Source: an uncultured Aquificales bacterium
Lineage (GTDB): Bacteria; Thermosulfidibacterota; Thermosulfidibacteria; Thermosulfidibacterales; JALWSI01
Direction of reading: 5' to 3'
Assembly (NCBI GenBank): GCA_964593115.1
Contig: CAZQJB010000001.1
Span: forward strand, 1 to 24,161
Length of the DNA: 24,161 nt
A program made the translations under genes and the position numbers. Of the stretch, positions 1 to 8,431 are shown piece by piece. The notes beneath the pieces were generated by a model. That model was given only the letters and a program-made list of their open reading frames with translations. It ran no database searches and was not told where the DNA came from. Numbering within the stretch: the first letter of the stretch is position 1; every line of letters begins with the position of its first letter.

Positions 1-11
1 AGAGGTGCTGG

Positions 12-1139
12 ATGGGTGACAGGCCCAAGGTGGTTCGGGTGATCTCGTACCTCAACGTTGGCGGAGTAGAGAAGAGGCTTCTCGCCGTCCTCAAAGAGCT
101 GAAGGACGATTTTGACTGCGAGGTGGTGTGCATACACTCAAGGGGCCCCTTGGCAGAGAGGTTCGAAGAGGCTGGCATACCCGTCACCACCATACCATTC
201 AAGGGCAGGTTTCACCCAGAAAGCCTGCTCAGGCTGGCCTTTCATCTAATAAAGTGCAAGGCCATGGTGGTGCACAGCCACATGTACCGCCCCAACGCAT
301 CGGCAACGGTGTCGGCCCTGCTGGCACAGGTGCCCGTGGTGGTGGCCAACATCCACAACCTGGGGCACTGGGACTCCACCAGGCAGAAACGCACCGACGC
401 GCTGCTGGCCCCCTTCCGCTCGCACACGGTGACGGTCTCGCGAGAGGTGTGGAGGGAGTACCTGACCGAGACAGGCGCTGACCCCGAGAGAACCTCTGTG
501 GTGCACAACGGGGTGCCTGCAGACACCGGCCACCAGCCACCTGAAAACATCCTGAACGAGCTGGGCATACCTTCCTACTCCCTGGTGGTCTCCTGCGTGG
601 CCAGGCTGGTGCCCCAGAAGGGGCTACCCATACTTCTTGATGGCTGGAAGGGGGTAGAAAGCCGGGTCTCAAATGCGTGGCTGCTGGTGGTGGGCGGCGG
701 CCCCCTGCAGGAGGAGCTGAAGGCCGCCGCAAGAGAGCAGGGCCTGAGCAGGGTGGTGTTCACCGGGGTGAGGGACGACGTGGAGAGGATACTACGCTCG
801 TCTGCCTGCCTCGTGCTCACCTCGCTGAAAGAGGGGTTCTCCAACGTGATCCTCGAGGCCATGTCAGTGGCCACTCCCCCGGTGGTCACCAGGGTGGGAG
901 GGGCAGAAGAGGCGGTTGTGCACAAAGAGACGGGACTGCTCATGCCATCAGGGAACAGCGGGGCTGCCCGTAATAGCATGCTGCTTATTCTGTCCAATCC
1001 CAGGATGAGAATAAGGATGGGGCTAAAAGCCAGGCAACGGCAGACCAGGCTCTTCTCCATTCAGGAGATGGCAAGGGCCACCTCGTACCTCTACCGCAGG
1101 CTCCTCGGCTTGAAGGCAGGGGCAAGAGGCGTAAAATAA
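12..1139 (+). CDS. Glycosyltransferase family 4 (GT-B fold, RfaB/WcaC-like)
   Basis: 375-aa ORF with N-terminal NVGGVE motif, VARLVPQKG and the GT4 signature EGFSNVILEAM (ExxxxxxxE). AGAGG lies upstream of the ATG. Substrate not determinable. Confidence 0.9.
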   Translation: MGDRPKVVRVISYLNVGGVEKRLLAVLKELKDDFDCEVVCIHSRGPLAERFEEAGIPVTTIPFKGRFHPESLLRLAFHLIKCKAMVVHSHMYRPNASATVSALLAQVPVVVANIHNLGHWDSTRQKRTDALLAPFRSHTVTVSREVWREYLTETGADPERTSVVHNGVPADTGHQPPENILNELGIPSYSLVVSCVARLVPQKGLPILLDGWKGVESRVSNAWLLVVGGGPLQEELKAAAREQGLSRVVFTGVRDDVERILRSSACLVLTSLKEGFSNVILEAMSVATPPVVTRVGGAEEAVVHKETGLLMPSGNSGAARNSMLLILSNPRMRIRMGLKARQRQTRLFSIQEMARATSYLYRRLLGLKAGARGVK

Positions 1140-1168
1140 GGGGAAGAGCTAAAAACGGGAGGTGGAGA

Positions 1169-2320
1169 ATGCAGCCATTCGTCTTCTGGAACCCCACAGA
1201 GGTGGTGTTTGGTGAGGGCCAGGTTAATAGGTTAAGCAAGCTGGTGAAGAAGCACGGCGGTAGCAAGGTGCTTCTGGTTTACGGTAAGGGCTCAATCAAG
1301 AAGACGGGCCTCTACGACACCATCACGGGACTGCTAAAAAAAGAGGGTATCCCCTGGGTCGAGCACGGGGGGGTCAAGCCCAATCCCGTGCTACCCCACG
1401 TGAGAGAGGGCGTGGAGAAGGCAAAGCGCGAGGGTGTTGACCTGGTGCTGGCGGTTGGTGGAGGCTCGGTGATCGACGAATCTAAGGCCATAGCCGCGGG
1501 GGCCCTGGCCCAGTGTGACGTGTGGGAGTTCTTCGAGTTCACCCAGACCATCAAGGCGGCCCTTCCCGTTGTTACCGTTCTGACCATCTGCGGAACGGGT
1601 TCAGAGATGAACGCCGGCCTGGTGGTGACCAACGAGGAGAAGAAGGCAAAGTACGGTTTTCGCTCGCCCCACCTCTTTCCCAAGGCGTCAATCCTGGACC
1701 CCACACTCACCTTCACGGTGCCTGCAGACCAGACCGCCTACGGGGCGGTTGACGCCCTATCCCACGTCTTCGAGGTTTACATGAACCGCGACGATCTGGA
1801 TTCCCCCATCCCTGAGGGCATCATGGAGACCCTGATGCGCACCATTGTGAAAAGAACCCCCCAGGCACAGCAAAGGCCAGACGACTACAACGCCAGGGCA
1901 GACCTGATGTGGGCCTCGTCCCTGGCCCTTTCGGGGCTCACCTGGTGCGGGGTCAGCCCTGCCCCAATACTGCCCTGCCACGCAATAGAGCACGCCCTTA
2001 GCGCCTTTTACGACATCGCCCACGGGGCAGGCCTGGCAATAGTGATGCCTGCATGGATGAAGGTGATGCGCCATGGTAAGTCAGAAGAGATGGGCAGGTT
2101 TGCATCTGATGTGCTGGGGGTGAAGGGCGTGGACGAAGGAATAGCCGCCTTCGAAGAGTGGCTTAGCGAGGTGGGCTGTCCCATCAGGCTGTCGGAGGCC
2201 GGGATTCCAGCAGGTGACATTCCTGCCCTGGCCCAGAACGCCAACAGGCTCGCCTTTCACTGGGGCTACAAAGAGTACACCACCGAGCTCATCGAGAGGG
2301 TGTTGGAACTGGCCAGGTGA
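1169..2320 (+). CDS. Iron-containing alcohol dehydrogenase (BdhA/YqhD butanol dehydrogenase-like)
   Basis: 383 aa with GGGSVID nucleotide-binding motif, TGSEMN, and metal ligands in DALSH, HAIEH and HGAGL. Strong GGAGGT RBS. Confidence 0.92.
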   Translation: MQPFVFWNPTEVVFGEGQVNRLSKLVKKHGGSKVLLVYGKGSIKKTGLYDTITGLLKKEGIPWVEHGGVKPNPVLPHVREGVEKAKREGVDLVLAVGGGSVIDESKAIAAGALAQCDVWEFFEFTQTIKAALPVVTVLTICGTGSEMNAGLVVTNEEKKAKYGFRSPHLFPKASILDPTLTFTVPADQTAYGAVDALSHVFEVYMNRDDLDSPIPEGIMETLMRTIVKRTPQAQQRPDDYNARADLMWASSLALSGLTWCGVSPAPILPCHAIEHALSAFYDIAHGAGLAIVMPAWMKVMRHGKSEEMGRFASDVLGVKGVDEGIAAFEEWLSEVGCPIRLSEAGIPAGDIPALAQNANRLAFHWGYKEYTTELIERVLELAR

Positions 2321-2325
2321 TGCAA

Positions 2326-2348
2326 GGCCCCCTGCCCCGCAGGGGGCC
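2326..2348. terminator. GC-rich hairpin between convergent adh and iorB (possible bidirectional terminator)
   Basis: Perfect 10-bp stem GGCCCCCTGC-ccc-GCAGGGGGCC in the 35-bp gap. No U-tract on either strand. Confidence 0.55.
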
Positions 2349-2355
2349 GCCACTG

Positions 2356-2937
2356 TCACTCAAGCTCCCGTCCCAGTTGGAAGGCGTTAAGGTTAAGCTG
2401 GAGCAGCTTGGGGGGTACCACCTGGTGAAAGGTCTCTCTCCATTGCTCTTCCGAGAAGGGCAGGTGCTTCGACAACACACCGAGCAGCACCGTGTTCACC
2501 GCCTTGGGGTTACCGGCCCTATGGGCCAGTGCTATTCCGTCAACCTCCACCAGCCTAAGCTGCTCCCTGATCAGGCCGGCGACGTTCTGAGGGTAAGTGA
2601 AGTCGCCAGAGAGCACCGTCATGGGATTCACCTGGGTGGTGTTCATGATCACCAGGCCCTCGGTGGACATGTGGTCGAGGTACCTCAGGGTCTCTAACTC
2701 CTCGAAGGAGACCAGGAAGTGGCCCTGGCCAAGGGGGATTATGGGCGAGAAGACCTGGGTCTTCGAGATGCGCACGAAGGAGACCACGCTGCCGCCCCTC
2801 TGGGCCATGCCGTGGATCTCGCTCTTCTTCACGTCCCACCCCTGATGCATGGCCAGCGCCGCAATAACCTCGGAGGCGAGCAACACTCCCTGGCCACCCA
2901 CCCCTGCAAACAGAAGATTGTAGTGGTCGTTATTCAT
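2356..2937 (-). CDS. iorB: Indolepyruvate:ferredoxin oxidoreductase beta subunit
   Basis: Motifs AGVGGQG, SEIHGMAQRGGSV and NTVLLG. Start moved from the track's 2970 to ATG 2937 (MNNDHY), 4 nt after the iorA stop, with GAGG upstream. Confidence 0.92.
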   Translation of the reverse strand: MNNDHYNLLFAGVGGQGVLLASEVIAALAMHQGWDVKKSEIHGMAQRGGSVVSFVRISKTQVFSPIIPLGQGHFLVSFEELETLRYLDHMSTEGLVIMNTTQVNPMTVLSGDFTYPQNVAGLIREQLRLVEVDGIALAHRAGNPKAVNTVLLGVLSKHLPFSEEQWRETFHQVVPPKLLQLNLNAFQLGRELE

Positions 2938-2941
2938 CCCG

Positions 2942-4714
2942 TTATCCTCGCTTTGAGCCGTTTGAAGCAACGATGGCGTTCACCGGACACACCTGGGCGC
3001 ACACCCCGCAGCCGTAGCAGAGAAGGGGATCCACCTTGGCCACCCTATCCCCGTTCTTCCCCGTAAGAAACACGGCCATGCAGGCCACGCTGGAGCACTT
3101 TCCACAGGCTATGCACCGCTCTTCGTCCACCTCGTAAACCACCCCGGGGCGCTCCTTGGTGATGAGGGTGCACGGCCTGGTGGTGATGACCACAGATGGC
3201 TCCCTGGCGGCAAGCTCCTCCTTCAGCACCCTCTCGGTCTCCTCCAAGTCGTATGGGTCAATGTAGCGCACCCTATCGACCCCCACCGCCCTGCAAACGG
3301 CCTCGATGGAGACCTTTTTCGTCTTCTCCTTTTTCAGGGTGACACCTGTACCCGGGTGGTCCTGTTTTCCCGTCATGGCGGTGGTGGCATTGTCAAGAAC
3401 GATCACAGTTGCCACCCCCTTGTTGTAAACGATGTCCATCACCCCGGTTATCCCAGAATGGAGAAAGGTGGAGTCGCCGATGATTGCCACGGTCTTCTCA
3501 GAAGGGGCGCCTGCCATGGTGGCACCGTGGGCCATGCCTATGCCAGCACCCATGCATACACAGGCATGAAGGGCGCTGAGGGGGGGGAGCCCGCCCAGGG
3601 TGTAGCAGCCGATGTCTCCCATCACCATGGCCTTAAGCTTTCTGAGCACAGTGAACACCCCCCGGTGGGGACAACCGGCGCAAAGGGTGGGAAGCCTGGG
3701 TGGAAGCCCCTGGGGCACACTAACCTGCACCCGTTTCTCTTCCCCCGCAACCCCCTTGTAAACCAGCTCGGGCGATAGCTCACCAAGGCGAGGGAAGGCC
3801 TCTTTACCCACCACCTCTATCCCCATGGCCCTGATGGCCGTCTCCAGGAAGGGCTCAAGCTCTTCAACCACGTAGAGGCGTTTCACCCTCTTGGCAAAGT
3901 CCAAAATCTTTCGGGTGGGAAGGGGGTGGGTCATTGTCAGCTTCAGGACGGGGGCATGGGGAAAGGCCTCCCTCACGTACTGGTAGGGGATTCCGCTGGA
4001 TATGAACCCTATCTCAGGGTCACCCCCCATGTTGAAGACCCTGTTCTCCTCCCACTCTTCCGAGAACTCCTTTAGCAGCTCCATGCGTTCCAACATCTTG
4101 GCATGCCTGACCCTGGCATTGATGGGCAGCATCACCCACTTCTGTGTATCCGGATGCCAGGAGTCCACGGGCTCTGCCTCAACCCTCTCACCTGGAAGAA
4201 CAGGCCCCTTGCCGTGTGCAATCCTCGTGGTGATTCTCATCAGCACGGGGGTGTCGTACCTCTCGCTTAACCCGTACGAGAAGGCCGCAAGCCTGCGACA
4301 CTCCTCTGAGTCTGCAGGCTCGATCATGGGCACCGATGCCATGCGGGAGTAGGGACGGTTGTCCTGCTCGTTCTGGGAGCTGTGCATGTGGGGGTCGTCG
4401 GCGCTAACGATTAGCGTTCCACCACCCACCCCCGTGTAAGAGAAGGTCATGAAAGGGTCTGCAGCAACGTTTAGTCCCACGTGCTTCATTGCCACCAGCA
4501 CCCTCATCCCTGCCCTGGAGGCCCCTATGCCCACCTCCATGGCCACCTTTTCGTTTGGCGACCATTGGGCGTACACCTCTGGGTACTTGGCAATGGAGTC
4601 AACTATGTCTGTGCTGGGAGTGCCAGGGTAGGCCGCGGCAACCTTCACCCCCGCCTCCCATGCTCCCCTGGCGATGGCCTCGTCCCCCGACAGAAAGAGC
4701 CGGTGCCCGCCCAT
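2942..4714 (-). CDS. iorA: Indolepyruvate:ferredoxin oxidoreductase alpha subunit
   Basis: 590 aa with SGDEAIARGA, YPGTPST, NEKVA, KHVGLNVAAD, CAGCPHR, TPP-binding GDIGC and GDSTFLHSG, and a C-terminal 2x[4Fe-4S] ferredoxin domain (CIACGKC, CYGCGVCAQVCP). Confidence 0.95.
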   Translation of the reverse strand: MGGHRLFLSGDEAIARGAWEAGVKVAAAYPGTPSTDIVDSIAKYPEVYAQWSPNEKVAMEVGIGASRAGMRVLVAMKHVGLNVAADPFMTFSYTGVGGGTLIVSADDPHMHSSQNEQDNRPYSRMASVPMIEPADSEECRRLAAFSYGLSERYDTPVLMRITTRIAHGKGPVLPGERVEAEPVDSWHPDTQKWVMLPINARVRHAKMLERMELLKEFSEEWEENRVFNMGGDPEIGFISSGIPYQYVREAFPHAPVLKLTMTHPLPTRKILDFAKRVKRLYVVEELEPFLETAIRAMGIEVVGKEAFPRLGELSPELVYKGVAGEEKRVQVSVPQGLPPRLPTLCAGCPHRGVFTVLRKLKAMVMGDIGCYTLGGLPPLSALHACVCMGAGIGMAHGATMAGAPSEKTVAIIGDSTFLHSGITGVMDIVYNKGVATVIVLDNATTAMTGKQDHPGTGVTLKKEKTKKVSIEAVCRAVGVDRVRYIDPYDLEETERVLKEELAAREPSVVITTRPCTLITKERPGVVYEVDEERCIACGKCSSVACMAVFLTGKNGDRVAKVDPLLCYGCGVCAQVCPVNAIVASNGSKRG

Positions 4715-4716
4715 GA

Positions 4717-5391
4717 CTAACTTCCCTGCAGAAGGTTGAGGGCCCTTCGGGCATCCTCGGCAAAGGCGGAAGAGGGGAACTGGTCTTTCACCTTTTTGAG
4801 CTCCTCTATGGCCTTCTTCTTCTCACCCTTGGTCTCGTAGAGCATGGCCAGGGAGTACCTGATGTAGGGCTCCATCATCACCCCTCCCTTGCCCAGCATG
4901 GCATCGAGACTATTTGCCTCCTTCTCGTCAAGCATGGCAAGGGTGACCTTCCATGGCACCGAGATAGAGCTCTCTTTTAGCCTGGCAAGGGCGGTTTTGT
5001 AGGCGGCCTCTGCCTTCTCGTTATCTCCCAGCAACTGGTAGCACCTCGCCTCGTAGAGGCGGGAGAACCTGGCAAAGGGCGACAACGAATAGCTCTTGGC
5101 CACGTCCTTGAACCTCTCGAGCGCCCCTTGCAATGCGGTGGCGTTCACCGGGTTGGTGTCTGCCCCTGCGTGGAAGTACTGCAGTGCGTCTCCAAACTCC
5201 ATGGAGGCTTTCTGGATGTAAGAGTTACGGTAGTAGGTGGTGCCTCCCACACCAACAACCACCACCAGTATCGCCAGTATCCCCCCCACCAGGAGCAGCT
5301 TGTGCTCCAGCAGGTAGGTGAAGGCCGACGACAGGGTCAACACGAACTCGTCTGGATCCGTTACCTCTTTCCTCTTTTTCTTCTTGGCCAT
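4717..5391 (-). CDS. Membrane-anchored tetratricopeptide-repeat protein (YfgM-like)
   Basis: 224 aa with basic N-terminus, PDEF motif, one hydrophobic TM segment (LLLVGGILAILVVVVGVGG) and TPR-like helices ending in FPSSAFAEDA. Stop lies 2 nt before the iorA start. Confidence 0.75.
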   Translation of the reverse strand: MAKKKKRKEVTDPDEFVLTLSSAFTYLLEHKLLLVGGILAILVVVVGVGGTTYYRNSYIQKASMEFGDALQYFHAGADTNPVNATALQGALERFKDVAKSYSLSPFARFSRLYEARCYQLLGDNEKAEAAYKTALARLKESSISVPWKVTLAMLDEKEANSLDAMLGKGGVMMEPYIRYSLAMLYETKGEKKKAIEELKKVKDQFPSSAFAEDARRALNLLQGS

Positions 5392-5396
5392 TCCCT

Positions 5397-6074
5397 CTAC
5401 TCTCCTCTCATCTCTTTCAGTCTCTCCTCGGCCAGTTTCAGCGAATTGGCAAGCACCTGTTCTGCCTCATCAAGGTTCAACCCGCAACCCCTCAGCACCT
5501 TCAAGGCCATATTCCTGTCCATCAGGTCGCGGGGCTGGTGGCTGTCGGTGTTGAAGACGCAGGTGGCCCCCACCTCTCTGGCAAGGGCGGCCACGTGGCC
5601 GTTGGTGAAGGCGTGCCCAGGTCTTCCTGTGATCTCAAGGGCCACCCCCCTTTCTGCTGCAAGCTCAACCTCGTCCACCGAGATGAGCCCCGGGTGCGCC
5701 AGTATGTCAACCCCAGCCTCCACCGCCGCGCGGTTGGTGCCAGGGGCCACGGGCTCTACCACCGTTTCTCCGTGCACCACCACTATTGAGGCCCCCATGG
5801 ACCTGGCCCTCTCCACCAGGGGGGCGATGAGCGGCGGCGGCACGTGGGTGAGCTCTATGCCTGGAATCACCGATATTCCCAGCTTCAAGCCGTTCAGCTC
5901 GCGGCATAGGCGGGCAACCCTGGGAACTATCAGGTCAAGGTTGCTGCTGTCGCCGTGGTCGGTTATGGCGAGGTGGGTAATACCCTTCACCAGGGCCCTT
6001 CTTGCAAGCTCCGCGGGAATCAACACCCCGTCGCTGTAAACCGTGTGGGTATGCAGGTCACTGAAGCCATCCAT
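5397..6074 (-). CDS. PHP-family phosphoesterase (histidinol-phosphate-phosphatase-domain protein)
   Basis: All PHP metal motifs present: DLHTHTVYSDG, ITDH, GIELTH, VHGET, LAHP, NTDSH. Start taken as ATG 6074 (MDGFSDLHTH) because family members begin just before HTH. No clear SD, so the start is uncertain. Confidence 0.85.
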   Translation of the reverse strand: MDGFSDLHTHTVYSDGVLIPAELARRALVKGITHLAITDHGDSSNLDLIVPRVARLCRELNGLKLGISVIPGIELTHVPPPLIAPLVERARSMGASIVVVHGETVVEPVAPGTNRAAVEAGVDILAHPGLISVDEVELAAERGVALEITGRPGHAFTNGHVAALAREVGATCVFNTDSHQPRDLMDRNMALKVLRGCGLNLDEAEQVLANSLKLAEERLKEMRGE

Positions 6075-6119
6075 AACAGGGGCATCATCTACCAGGAGGA
6101 AATAATCAAGGCAACCTCT

Positions 6120-6134
6120 CTTGACTTTTTCAAG
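6120..6134. promoter_or_regulatory. Palindrome CTTGA-N5-TCAAG in the divergent PHP/kinase spacer (putative operator)
   Basis: Perfect 5-bp arms containing TTGACT, centred in the ~120-bp divergent intergenic region. Regulator unknown. Confidence 0.35.
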
Positions 6135-6193
6135 GGGCTCCTTCAATAGGTTAAAACGCGCTTGGGGGAGCAGCAACTGAAGGGGAAGGAACC

Positions 6194-8425
6194 TTGATCA
6201 GAGAAACCACCAAGAGAACCGTGGTTGCCTGGGGACTCGTGGTAATCTTCATCTGGACGGTGGGTATGGCCACCTCGTGCCTCTACACGGTACACTACAT
6301 TGAAAACTCTTACATCGAGTCTGCGAAGCTAACTGCCAGGGCCCTCATCGAGGACACCATTCTCTTCAGGTCGTGGAACGCGAGGCACGGCGGTGTCTAT
6401 GCCCCCGTGTCCCGCAACACCCCTCCAAACCCCTACCTGAAGGTGCCAGAGAGGGATATCGCCACCCCATCGGGCAGGCAGCTCACCAAGGTTAATCCAG
6501 CCTACATGACCCGACAGGTGTTCGAGATCCAGAAGGAGAGGCTGGGAATACAGGGGCACATCACCAGCCTTAAACCCATAAACCCCGTGAACGCGCCGGA
6601 CCAGTGGGAGAGAAAGGCCCTAAGGCTCTTCGAGAAGGGGGTGAAGGAGTATTCAGAGAAGGTGGTATTTAAAGGGCAGCCTGCCCTTCGCCTCATGCTG
6701 CCCCTGAAGACCGAGAGGGTGTGCCTGAAGTGCCACGCAAAACAGGGCTACAAGGAGGGGGACATCAGGGGGGGAATAAGCCTCTACGTTCCCCTGGCCC
6801 CATACAAGGCCCTTGCCAAAAAAGAGACCTACCGCACCATAGTGGTGACCCTGTTCGAGTGGCTTGCGGGGCTGGTGCTGATCCTGCTGGGCACCTCAAA
6901 GGTGTACGGATACACGTCCAAGGTGGAGAGGTCTGAGCGCAAGTTCAGGGTGCTTTTCCACAACTCGCCAGATCCAATCTTCACCTTCAACGGAGAGCGA
7001 ATAACCGACTTCAACCAGGCAATGGCCAGGCTGCTGGGCATTGAAGACGAGAGGGGCCTGCTCACCCATCCCGCAAACCTGTCTCCCGAAAACCAGCCCG
7101 ACGGTCAGCCCTCGTTCAAGAGGTTCAACGCACGCGCCACAGACGCCCTGGTGAGGGGAGAGACAAGGTTCAAGTGGCTGTTTAAGCGCTCTGACGGTGA
7201 GTTAGTGTGGGTAGAGGCAGTGGCGAGCAGGGTGGCACGTCACCACGGAAAGGGCCACCAGATCCTGGTCTCTTGCAGGGACATCACCAGGGAGACGGAG
7301 CTGCAGGAGCGGATGCTGCAGGTGAACAAGCTGAGCGCAATAGGAGAACTGGCCTCGGGAATAGCCCACGACTTCAACAACATCCTAGCCGTGGTGGTGG
7401 GAAGCATCACCCTTGCCCGCGACATGGGGGTGTCGGTGAAGGCCGACGAGATGCTCGAAAAGGCCGAGGCGGCGGTGATGAGGGCCGCCACCTTGGCGAG
7501 AAAGCTGATCATGCTCTCTCCTGGGGGCACGCCGGTACTCTCTGACATCAACCTCGAAGAGCTTCTCACAAGCTGCGTGAGAGAGGTGATGGAGAGAACG
7601 GACAGGGAGAAGGTGAAGTTTGCCATCGAGGTATCACCGGGGCTCAAAGGGGTGAAGGGAGACTACCACCAGCTCATCCACGCCTGCACCGCAGTGCTGG
7701 ATAACGCCTTAGAGGCCTTGGAGGGCAAGGGCACCATTACCATCAAGGCCGAGAACATTGAGGTCTCTGGCGGGGAAGAGGGGGCGACAACACTCACTCC
7801 AGGTAGCTACGTTAAGGTCTCAATAAGCGACTCCGGCAAGGGGATACCCCCAGCCATACTGCCAAAGGTGTTCGACCCCTTCTTCACCACCAAGGAGCTG
7901 GGCCGCGGGCTTGGCCTCTCCATCGCCTACTCGGTGGTGAAACGGCACGGGGGAGAGATAGAGGTGGAATCGAAGCCAGAGGAAGGAACCACAATCACCA
8001 TCTACCTGCCTGCAGGGGAAGAGACAGAGAGGGTCTGCATGGGGGCCAGGGGCAAGATACTGGTACTTGAGGACGACCCCTACCAGAGGGAACTGTTCAC
8101 CACCCTGCTCACCAACCTGGGTTACTGCGTTGTGGGGTGCTCCTTTGGAGAAGAGGCGGTGAGGGAGTTCCAGAAGGCGAAGGGCAAGAACAGCCCCTTC
8201 GATCTGGTGATTCTCGACCTGCTCATTCCCGATGGCATGGACGGAAGGGAGACCTGCAAGGCCATACTGGAGATAGATCCCAAGGCCAAGGTGGTGATAA
8301 CCAGCGTGGCCACCTCGGACGAGGCGGTCACAAACTTCAAGGATTACGGTTTCGTCGGCGCCCTGCCCAAGCCCTTCACCATGCAGGAACTGGCAAGGGT
8401 GGTGGAGAACGCCCTTAAAGGGTAG
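6194..8425 (+). CDS. Hybrid sensor histidine kinase: periplasmic DUF3365/Tll0287-like CxxCH domain, PAS, HisKA, HATPase, receiver
   Basis: TTG start with AAGGA RBS. Two TM segments flank a domain with CLKCH. H-box ASGIAHDFNN, N-box DNALEA, DSGKGI, FDPFFTTK, GRGLGL. Receiver with LEDD, LVILD and PKPF. Confidence 0.92.
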   Translation: MIRETTKRTVVAWGLVVIFIWTVGMATSCLYTVHYIENSYIESAKLTARALIEDTILFRSWNARHGGVYAPVSRNTPPNPYLKVPERDIATPSGRQLTKVNPAYMTRQVFEIQKERLGIQGHITSLKPINPVNAPDQWERKALRLFEKGVKEYSEKVVFKGQPALRLMLPLKTERVCLKCHAKQGYKEGDIRGGISLYVPLAPYKALAKKETYRTIVVTLFEWLAGLVLILLGTSKVYGYTSKVERSERKFRVLFHNSPDPIFTFNGERITDFNQAMARLLGIEDERGLLTHPANLSPENQPDGQPSFKRFNARATDALVRGETRFKWLFKRSDGELVWVEAVASRVARHHGKGHQILVSCRDITRETELQERMLQVNKLSAIGELASGIAHDFNNILAVVVGSITLARDMGVSVKADEMLEKAEAAVMRAATLARKLIMLSPGGTPVLSDINLEELLTSCVREVMERTDREKVKFAIEVSPGLKGVKGDYHQLIHACTAVLDNALEALEGKGTITIKAENIEVSGGEEGATTLTPGSYVKVSISDSGKGIPPAILPKVFDPFFTTKELGRGLGLSIAYSVVKRHGGEIEVESKPEEGTTITIYLPAGEETERVCMGARGKILVLEDDPYQRELFTTLLTNLGYCVVGCSFGEEAVREFQKAKGKNSPFDLVILDLLIPDGMDGRETCKAILEIDPKAKVVITSVATSDEAVTNFKDYGFVGALPKPFTMQELARVVENALKG

Positions 8426-8431
8426 GGGCCG

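Noticed and set aside
5128-6039. 303-aa plus-strand ORF
   Set aside because: Antisense shadow of the TPR and PHP genes, with no recognisable motifs or RBS. Long shadow ORFs are expected in GC-rich DNA.
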